Of a stretch of 64,000 nt of DNA, positions 56,828 to 64,000 are shown one piece after another. The translations under genes and the position numbers were made by a program. Below the pieces are notes generated by a model. That model was not told where the DNA came from, made no database searches, and was given only the letters and a program-made list of their open reading frames with translations. The stretch is taken from the sequence record LR756511.1; one strand, written 5' to 3'. Each line of letters starts with the position of its first letter. Position 1 is the first letter of the stretch.

Positions 56828-57461
56828 GTATCCTCTTGTTGTGATGCATCATAACTCCGTTTTTTTGTAAAAACTTAACGCCATGAGTTACACAATATAA
56901 ATAGAATATTCTTTCGATGACATGCGAAATGGCTCTACGGTGTTTGTTTTCAATTACAAAATCTTTTATCCAGTGATAAAAAGATTTTATAATCTCCGCT
57001 CTCGTCGTTAAAAATCCAAAGGAAAACCAGACATTAACATTAATGTCTGCAATTCCTTTTTCACGCATGAAATCTTTTAGTACAAAGTTTTCACTAAAAC
57101 AGTCATAAAAACAATTTTGGTGATTCATGTAAGCTAAAACATCATAGCTTTTCAACTCTTCAATCTCTAAATTGGCGTCAAAATTCATGAAATTAAAATC
57201 ATATTCAAGAATTCTGTAAAGTCCGTCGCCTAACAGATTGTTCTCTACCAACGCATAAAATCCAGTAAACGTCAACAAGGACTTATATTCCTCAATGTTG
57301 AGTTTTTGATTTTTACATATCAAACTATTGGGAGAATCCTTAAATGCGTCATCCCCCAAGCATACCCATTGGTAATCCTCTTTTTTCAACACCTCAAGTG
57401 TTGCCGAATCAAACGAGTCAATCAAGTGTTGCCTGGGAACAAATATTAGCGATGAAATCAT
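56814..57461 (-). CDS. Hypothetical glycan-pathway protein
   Basis: First gene of the coupled operon; LEYD and HVIER motifs. Confidence 0.55.
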   Translation of the reverse strand: MISSLIFVPRQHLIDSFDSATLEVLKKEDYQWVCLGDDAFKDSPNSLICKNQKLNIEEYKSLLTFTGFYALVENNLLGDGLYRILEYDFNFMNFDANLEIEELKSYDVLAYMNHQNCFYDCFSENFVLKDFMREKGIADINVNVWFSFGFLTTRAEIIKSFYHWIKDFVIENKHRRAISHVIERIFYLYCVTHGVKFLQKNGVMMHHNKRIHGIS

Positions 57462-57473
57462 CGCTAATATTTA
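57441..57473 (-). promoter_or_regulatory. TAAATA box embedded in a perfect 14-bp inverted repeat spanning the start codon
   Basis: AAATATTAGCGATG-attt-CATCGCTAATATTT; box 57468-57473, ATG 57461. Confidence 0.8.
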
Positions 57474-57501
57474 GAGCATTCAAGAGATTTTTCATACAGC
57501 T

Positions 57502-57738
57502 TTATTCATTCGATGCCCGACTTACCTGAGTTTGCGAACAAGAGTCCCTGTGTACATGTCCTAAATGGTCACTCCATTCTACATACACCGTGTCTGACCC
57601 ATATACATCATATGTTACCATCATTTTAGGCCCGCCACAATGAGAATAAACAAGATCGCCTCTTTTATAAACAGGCTCTCCTATTCGCGGGGAACGACAA
57701 CCGACAAGAAACACGATAACTAAAAATAACTTTTTCAT
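57502..57738 (-). CDS. Small lipoprotein with YodC/DUF2158-like domain
   Basis: MKKLFLVIVFLVGC; GDLV..HCGGPKMMV. Confidence 0.6.
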   Translation of the reverse strand: MKKLFLVIVFLVGCRSPRIGEPVYKRGDLVYSHCGGPKMMVTYDVYGSDTVYVEWSDHLGHVHRDSCSQTQVSRASNE

Positions 57739-57938
57739 TAATCCTCCAACATAATTCGTAATAACGGCCACGCAAATGAAATCATTACAATACCAAAAAC
57801 AACAGCCAATAGCGTTTGGATAGGATGAAATATACTACCCCTATTAATTACAGCGGGAATGAGGATTAAGGCTTGAATGATCCAAAATCCCCATTCCCGC
57901 CATTGCACAACAAAATAAAAACCATATTTCTTTATCAC
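57738..57938 (-). CDS. Small membrane protein
   Basis: Two hydrophobic helices. Confidence 0.5.
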   Translation of the reverse strand: MIKKYGFYFVVQWREWGFWIIQALILIPAVINRGSIFHPIQTLLAVVFGIVMISFAWPLLRIMLED

Positions 57939-59620
57939 GGTTTCCTCATCGCAATAGAGTATAGTGCATTATCCTTAGCAAACATTGCCGTAGCCGCCCG
58001 ATGATATAGCATCATACCATTATCAATCGCTGGATCGGTGACAACCTTAGCACTGCTAAGCTTGTCAACATGGAAGAGTTCGATGTTCTCGTCCTCGTCA
58101 ATATGGACGCAAACACCATTATCCAGCACGGTAAAGTTCAAACCCATATAAGTAACATTCTTCTTATGGGCAACTTCGTAGTTTTTCCAATCCTTAAAGG
58201 CGAAGGTGAAGCGGTTATATTCGCCCTTCTTATCCACCGCAACCACCATCAGAATCTTGCTCTCATACTTCGCATCAATTACCCTGTAACCATCCAATTC
58301 CCGCAGAGCAATCTGCTGGCATTGCTTGCTTTCAGGGAAAACCGAAGCATAATAAGCATCAAATAGATTCTGAATGACAACGCCTGGATAGAACTTCGTC
58401 GCCTGTTCCAACACGTTACCAACCACATGCGGAGATGCCAGAATCTTATTCCCGATTTCCGTTAGCATGATTTCAAGAACATTCATGCCGTTCTGGACAT
58501 ACAGCCGCCCATCATAATCCATGACCTTTTCACCAGCACAGGTGAATTCAATTTCCTTATCGTTCTTAAGATCATAGAGTTTGACGTTATGGTTATCCAA
58601 CCATGCTATCACTGGATCATTGGAGCGAGTAAAACCCACCCACACCTTTTCGGCCTTGTTGTCATACTCTCTCTTATCCACGAAAATGCTCTTGCTGGTC
58701 ACGATTACTTCCTTGCCGTAGGAGTAATAGTAACCAATCACGTTGGAGTCAAATTCTCGCAGTTTGTCGATGCTCAAGGTCTTACCGCCCACCATTTTAA
58801 CGGTAGGAACAACAACGTGAATCAACGCAACCGTGTCGCTTGGAGGCGCAATCCGTTCGCCTTTCTCTAGAACCGCCTTATACCACTGTAAATAAGCGTC
58901 TGGAATAACCGAGAATGGCTGGCACGCCGCAACAGGATAGCCCACTTCCTTGCTGAAAATGGTAACATTATGCTTCATCCTGCTGTCTAAATCCGTATAA
59001 ACAGGATGCTTACCCTTATAAGGGTGAATACCAATGAACATCTGGAAGGAAACAACCGCAAATGAGAACCAATCGCTTCCCTTCGTGAACTTGCCGCCAC
59101 AATGACGGTCATGAATGCTATCCATAATCGCCATCGCTGGATAGTGTGGCGTCTGGTAGCTGTTCACGTCGATAAAGAACACTTCTTTGAAGTCTTTATC
59201 CAGCAAGAAGTTAAATTCATTTAGATCGACAACCAAGATGCCATTGTTATGAACATGGTGGATTGTCTGCTGCATCTGGCGAACAAGATCAAATACTTGT
59301 TCTGGTTTGATATTGTTTCTTACTCGGAAGGCTTTGGTAAAGATTTGGCAGAGGGTGTACGTATCCTTTAAATATCGCATGGTAAAACCTACGCGACGAT
59401 CTTTCATATCAAATAGTGTGTCCTCTGGTTTGATAATGTGACTATCCGAAAGTAAAGAAAGTTCATTAAACTTTCCTTCGGGAATCATCTTTGCTGGATC
59501 AGCATAGAGCTTGTATGCCGTATTCCCTTTAATGAATATTTTACCTTCTCCACCCTGCGCTAGAAAGTCAGCATTGCTTAACTCGACAACCTTGTTGGTC
59601 CCTTGTAATCTGACTTTCAT
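57935..59620 (-). CDS. YegI-like protein kinase with C-terminal beta-rich region
   Basis: LAQGGEG, AYKLY, GFTM, VVDLNEFNFL, FIDVNSY, DWFSFA, HPYKG. Confidence 0.8.
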   Translation of the reverse strand: MKVRLQGTNKVVELSNADFLAQGGEGKIFIKGNTAYKLYADPAKMIPEGKFNELSLLSDSHIIKPEDTLFDMKDRRVGFTMRYLKDTYTLCQIFTKAFRVRNNIKPEQVFDLVRQMQQTIHHVHNNGILVVDLNEFNFLLDKDFKEVFFIDVNSYQTPHYPAMAIMDSIHDRHCGGKFTKGSDWFSFAVVSFQMFIGIHPYKGKHPVYTDLDSRMKHNVTIFSKEVGYPVAACQPFSVIPDAYLQWYKAVLEKGERIAPPSDTVALIHVVVPTVKMVGGKTLSIDKLREFDSNVIGYYYSYGKEVIVTSKSIFVDKREYDNKAEKVWVGFTRSNDPVIAWLDNHNVKLYDLKNDKEIEFTCAGEKVMDYDGRLYVQNGMNVLEIMLTEIGNKILASPHVVGNVLEQATKFYPGVVIQNLFDAYYASVFPESKQCQQIALRELDGYRVIDAKYESKILMVVAVDKKGEYNRFTFAFKDWKNYEVAHKKNVTYMGLNFTVLDNGVCVHIDEDENIELFHVDKLSSAKVVTDPAIDNGMMLYHRAATAMFAKDNALYSIAMRKP

Positions 59621-59817
59621 GGATATCCTCCACGGCAATAATGCCGTCATGAATCTCGCCGTGACAATTTGCACAAACGAGAATGCACTTGTCTAGTTCT
59701 CTTTGCACAACTTCCCAATTCCGCTGGCGGTTCTGTGATATACTAAAATCTTTTTGTGTCGGGTCCAAATGGTGAAAGCATGAAGATTTTCATGGTTCGC
59801 CATTTGTTGACTGTCCA
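59568..59817 (-). pseudogene. Truncated and frameshifted HNH endonuclease remnant
   Basis: FHHLDPTQKDFSIS...ELDKCILVCANCHGEIH lacks an in-frame start and the N-terminal CxxC. Confidence 0.65.
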
Positions 59818-59818
59818 T

Positions 59819-60493
59819 TCAGGGTATTGCCTGTTGGTAATCGTAATCTTCGAAATCCTGGGCATAAATTTCACGTATAGTCGCTTTTAATTTTATATTG
59901 TAAAAATCTTCATAAGCTGGAATTTTTGGAGGAAAAACTTTATAAAACTTCCTGTCCCCTATAAATTTATGTAATGGCACTTTAACATGATGATGGTCGC
60001 TTGTTAAATCAGTCTTAAATTTACTTCCAGTAAGCTTATTAATCTTTTTAATCTCTTCTGTAAGATTTTCCACCTTTACTATTTTGTACTTGTCATTATG
60101 TTCGTCGCTTTGATATTTCCAATGTGGATTGCAATAATTCAAATCTTCTGTTTGTAAAAACTTAACAAAATCTTCGAATGAAAATGATAAAGCATCAAAT
60201 GCTTTATGCTTTTCCTTAAGAAAAATATCAAACCCGCCAATCGACCTGTGGTATGGATTCCTGACTATTTTAAACTTAAAAAACTCAGGATTATCAAAAT
60301 CTTCTGGTGATGGTTCACCAAACTCAGAATAAAAAATAAGCTCTCTAAATTCATGAACCCAAGGATGATACTTCAAGGCTCGATCTAAAATACCCATATT
60401 ATCAAAGAACATTTTAATTGCTGTTGTACATGCCGCCTTCGGCGTCCAACCCATAATTATTTTATTTTTGCGGTCAATTAAAGGGGTTATCAT
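59819..60493 (-). CDS. Sulfotransferase family 2-like protein
   Basis: WTPKAACT, KFKIVRNPYHRSIG, FEDFV, HWKYQ, YAQDF...YDY. Confidence 0.8.
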   Translation of the reverse strand: MITPLIDRKNKIIMGWTPKAACTTAIKMFFDNMGILDRALKYHPWVHEFRELIFYSEFGEPSPEDFDNPEFFKFKIVRNPYHRSIGGFDIFLKEKHKAFDALSFSFEDFVKFLQTEDLNYCNPHWKYQSDEHNDKYKIVKVENLTEEIKKINKLTGSKFKTDLTSDHHHVKVPLHKFIGDRKFYKVFPPKIPAYEDFYNIKLKATIREIYAQDFEDYDYQQAIP

Positions 60494-61743
60494 ATCCTAC
60501 TACAGTAATTATAAACCAAATTTTTTCCTTAAATCCTTCAAGGCAAGCCTCATTTTGTTGTCCAGTTGATCTTGGCTTATTGTCTATGCTATACTTCGTA
60601 AAAACTTTCCTTGCAGCTAAATATTTTTTTCTATATTCGTGAAATAATTTGTCTTTTATTTCCTTGAAGTTACTGTAATGAGCAAAGGCATAATCGAAAC
60701 CTTCCTGCTCAATCACTTGTCGGACCTTCGACAAGCCCTCTTCCTTCATTTTCCTCTGGCTCATACATGATTTCCTTCCGCAAATCCTTGCCACTGCAAT
60801 TCGGACACATTGCATGGCGAGATATCTTCATTCTGTCCTTGATTTGATCGGCAGGATCAAACCCGCCGCCAACCATTGTATCGCAATTATTGCATATAAT
60901 TGCATACATTACCATATCATCTGCGCCAAAAAATACGTCAATATAACCATCGACGCACTCGGAGCATCCAGACTGACATTTTGGACACTTTGCCTTGAGT
61001 TTTGTTCCTGGTTTCATTTTTTCCCTCCGAATCAACGCACCAAGACAGTTGAGCCGTCTTCAAATGTTACTTTTGCATATAAGTAACCATTCTCACACGT
61101 AATCTCGCTCTTTTCAGGCTTAATACCACGCCAGATTTTATACTCATATTTCAGAGATTCTTTCCATGCAGGAGTTGGGTCACTAAACCCCATGAATGCT
61201 GAGCATATTCGCTCTGGCAGTTCTATTAAGCAAACAATAAAGCAAAGAGGAACAACATACAAGAAAAACCTAAGCGTCTTCATACAATTGATATCCGTTT
61301 TCAGAAGTAAAACGAACTTTAATTACATCTGGTTTCTCGCCAGGAAACAAGGCATTTAATTCTTTGGTTTTCGCAGAACATTGATCGGGCCACAGCGTCT
61401 CTTCCGTGTTAAACCCATAGTAAAGGCCGATAATCTCAAGATACTGGTATATCCTACCAGTTTTAGAACTTTGAAAATAACATATTCCTGGTTTAAACTC
61501 TCCCTTTTTACCAAGGGCAACCTCTACACCAATGATACGCCATTCAGGCTTGATAAGTTCCCAAAGCTGTATTTCCGCAGCTTTGAACGAATATAAATCA
61601 GCGTGTTCGCCTTTGGAGTATTTGTCGTCTTTATTTTCGTCTAGCTCAAAGGTCCAGCCATGTTTAAGCAAAAACTCATGGTCGATTTTGTGCTGCTTTT
61701 CGTGTTCTTCAGCGAGCCAAGCCAAACCTTCTGTAGTGCCCAT
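60474..61743 (-). CDS. Four hypothetical ORFs (60474-60749, 60709-61017 Zn-finger, 61032-61283, 61270-61743)
   Basis: ORF track with adjusted starts. Confidence 0.5.
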
Positions 61744-61744
61744 G

Positions 61745-61909
61745 TTATTTCTTCTGTTTCTTCATTTTTTGTGGATACGGCTTGCCATTTGGCTGTGCGC
61801 CCCACACATTTGCATTTGCCTGAACATCTTTTGGCACTTTATTTCCAATAATACCAGGAGCCGCACCGCCCATTTCCTTTAATTGCATCCAATCTTTAAA
61901 TGTTTTCAT
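61745..61909 (-). CDS. 54-aa protein with capsid-targeting-like N-terminus (MKTFKDWMQLKE)
   Basis: TAAATA box at 61915-61920, 5 nt before ATG. Confidence 0.65.
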   Translation of the reverse strand: MKTFKDWMQLKEMGGAAPGIIGNKVPKDVQANANVWGAQPNGKPYPQKMKKQKK

Positions 61910-61913
61910 ACCT

Positions 61914-62105
61914 TTATTTAGAAGCATCAACTACAAAATCTGGCTTAACTTCTTCATCAAAGTTGTTACAATAGCCCCATACATTTATCCACATCTCGTT
62001 CATCATTTTCTCTTGGTGCTTCAGCACATACTTCTCGTACGATTGCAGCATATGCAATCGCACTATATCATAAGGATATTCTCGCACTTTGTCAATCATC
62101 TGCAT
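61914..62105 (-). CDS. Hypothetical protein
   Basis: ORF track. Confidence 0.45.
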   Translation of the reverse strand: MQMIDKVREYPYDIVRLHMLQSYEKYVLKHQEKMMNEMWINVWGYCNNFDEEVKPDFVVDASK

Positions 62106-62925
62106 GGATCACTCCCATCGAAAAGTCATCTGTGTGTCGAATGCCCTTGGCAGCGTAATCTCTCATAACCTTCTGGCACCGACGATGGACAAACTGCCCT
62201 GTTGCACTTTTAAACCCAACCAAATCCTTAACAACATCCATGTATTCAATCGACTGGTTCTGGATACTGGTTGTCCCCTTGACTTGCTGGACGAAGGACT
62301 TCAATCCATCTGAGACAACCGCAACCATATCATATTCATCCACAGGGAATACATAATGAATAAACTTTGCTTCATCTAGTGGCTTAGAAGTAACAAAAAA
62401 CTGATGCCCGCCACCGCCAACGATCCTATTTTCTACCTCAAACTTTCCTGTTCCGAAATTATCAAAATAACTTTTACGAAGTCCTTCGTTCAAACTGTAG
62501 TACAAATAATATGGCGCTCCTGTTTCATAATTATGAAACATTACCATAAGGTTATCAGCTTTCTTATGATGAGCGATAATGAAACCGTCGCCAGTAATGA
62601 AAGCGTTGATAACGTTCCCTTTGTCAGACTTATAAGCGCAGAGAAGGGTTGCTGCCAAACAATCTTGATTCAAGTCAAGTGTCTTAACATAGCTGTTCGC
62701 TAGTGTTAAAACCGCGTCCTTGAGAACGGGGAAGTCCATTGAGAGCGGTTTACTACGCTCTTTGATTACATTATGACACGCTTTGACGAGCAGCCTAGCT
62801 CCCCAATCCGATTGTTCGGCGGATGAGCAACCGTCTGCTAAAATGACAAATTCGCCGTTAGCCACGGCGAAATCTTGGCAGACATGGTGGGTTGAGCCAA
62901 TCGCATAGAATACATCAGCGGCCAT
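62092..62925 (-). CDS. PP2C-family protein phosphatase (YegK-like)
   Basis: HHVCQDFA, ILADGCSSAEQSDWGA, ATLL, GDG, VSDGL, DDFS. Confidence 0.85.
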   Translation of the reverse strand: MAADVFYAIGSTHHVCQDFAVANGEFVILADGCSSAEQSDWGARLLVKACHNVIKERSKPLSMDFPVLKDAVLTLANSYVKTLDLNQDCLAATLLCAYKSDKGNVINAFITGDGFIIAHHKKADNLMVMFHNYETGAPYYLYYSLNEGLRKSYFDNFGTGKFEVENRIVGGGGHQFFVTSKPLDEAKFIHYVFPVDEYDMVAVVSDGLKSFVQQVKGTTSIQNQSIEYMDVVKDLVGFKSATGQFVHRRCQKVMRDYAAKGIRHTDDFSMGVIHADD

Positions 62926-62943
62926 TTTTGCACCCCAAGTTTG

Positions 62944-62949
62944 TATATA
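62944..62949 (+). promoter_or_regulatory. Late-type TANATA box (TATATA)
   Basis: 5 nt before ATG 62955, no SD. Confidence 0.6.
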
Positions 62950-62954
62950 CTTTC

Positions 62955-63731
62955 ATGAATCTAGCGATCTGTGCAATCATTAGAGACGAACGCGAAGATT
63001 ACTTAAAAGAATGGATAAACTATCACCTTGCAATTGGCGTTGATTTTATCCACTTTTACGATAACAATAGCAAAATCCCTGTTCAACCCTCAAATCGCGT
63101 GTTAGTAACACCATTCCCATGTATTGATAGATGCAGACAAATGATTGCCTACGATGACTTTATATCCAGACTCAAAGGGAAAGTCAAATGGACCGCGTTT
63201 ATTGATCCAGATGAATTCATTGTAATTCGCAACTCGCCGCACCGACTCGACACCTTCTTAGAGAACTATGAAAATTACGGCGGCGTTGGACTAAACTGGC
63301 TCATTTATGGCTCAAGTGGCGTTATTGACAACGCTAGCGGTTCTCAGATTCATGCATTTACTAAACGATCAAACTATACAGCCGCCATCAACAACCATAT
63401 AAAGACAATTACACAGCTTGAGCATGTATTGTGTGCAGTTGAAGGCCATTCTTACAGGTATTTAAATGGTCAATATTGCGTAAATGAAAAGTATCAACGT
63501 GTAGACGGTGCGTTCTCGCCTTTCTCCTGTGAACAAGCTTACATCAACCATTATACTATCCGTAGCAAAGATGACTATGCCGCCAAAATAGAAAAAGGCG
63601 TCGTTTGGGGCGATCCGTTAGTGTATAACTGGAAGAAATTTAATTTTAACGAAGCTTTCTGCAATGAAATAGAAGATAAAACATTAATTGAAATACACAA
63701 TCACCTTAATCCCCCTTCTGTACGCCAATAG
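62955..63731 (+). CDS. GT92/GT2-like glycosyltransferase, paralogue of 46024-46854
   Basis: ICAIIRDEREDYLKEW, KVKWTAFIDPDE, GVGLNWLI blocks shared with the paralogue. Confidence 0.8.
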   Translation: MNLAICAIIRDEREDYLKEWINYHLAIGVDFIHFYDNNSKIPVQPSNRVLVTPFPCIDRCRQMIAYDDFISRLKGKVKWTAFIDPDEFIVIRNSPHRLDTFLENYENYGGVGLNWLIYGSSGVIDNASGSQIHAFTKRSNYTAAINNHIKTITQLEHVLCAVEGHSYRYLNGQYCVNEKYQRVDGAFSPFSCEQAYINHYTIRSKDDYAAKIEKGVVWGDPLVYNWKKFNFNEAFCNEIEDKTLIEIHNHLNPPSVRQ

Positions 63732-63936
63732 CAATCTTGTTAAGGTTGACCAGCTTATCTTTGGTAAAATCAATAAGTTTGCAATTGAATCGACGCAGAT
63801 CATCCACATCATCCTGAGTAATAACATCTGGCGTCTCCACCAACTCAGCATAACGAGCGCCAGAACCCAACAAGATTAGCGTATCGTGCAGAAAATGAAA
63901 ATAAGCTCTTGCGTTGTCAGACATTTCACACTTCAT
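63706..63936 (-). CDS. Hypothetical protein
   Basis: ORF track. Confidence 0.5.
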   Translation of the reverse strand: MKCEMSDNARAYFHFLHDTLILLGSGARYAELVETPDVITQDDVDDLRRFNCKLIDFTKDKLVNLNKIAIGVQKGD

Positions 63937-64000
63937 ATTCGTAGCTCACCTTAAGTTTGAAACCAGGAGGAATTGGCGGGAAGGCCCAGCCCAAACGCCA

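Noticed and set aside
45480-57461. Host O-antigen/capsule locus, i.e. a bacterial chromosome
   Set aside because: No wzx/wzy/ABC export genes, mixed orientations, phage-type boxes, and flanks of dense small ORFs and homing endonucleases
60494-60521. Early promoter TGTAG-TAGGAT before the sulfotransferase
   Set aside because: No -35 at 16 nt, and the ATG follows the putative -10 directly

Overview
The window looks like part of a large (jumbo-type) lytic phage genome. It is densely packed with short, mostly minus-strand ORFs and shows no rRNA, complete tRNA, CRISPR array, integrase or core structural or replication genes. Recognisable cargo: RNA ligase and polynucleotide kinase-phosphatase, glutamine-dependent NAD+ synthetase, several HNH or PD-(D/E)xK endonucleases, an SF2 helicase with an adjacent methyltransferase-like gene, a GHKL-like ATPase, a multi-ubiquitin (Ubl) domain protein, an orphan YgiT/MqsA-type zinc finger, two protein kinases and a PP2C phosphatase, and a ~12 kb nucleotide-sugar, glycosyl- and sulfotransferase cluster with scattered satellite genes. 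A Planctomycetota host is inferred from protein style only. The sequence itself shows three candidate regulatory signals: (i) sigma70-like promoters with a 16-nt spacer and AG/TGTAG just before the -10; (ii) an oriented 9-mer CAGCTGTAC (11 exact copies found by eye, all on the minus strand, upstream of starts); (iii) a T4-late-like TANATA box 4-6 nt before leaderless ATGs. Signal (iii) marks five small proteins sharing a T4 capsid-targeting-like N-terminus and much of the glycan cluster. Several long hairpins cover start sites or follow the 9-mer. All family assignments come from motif recognition by eye; no database searches were run.
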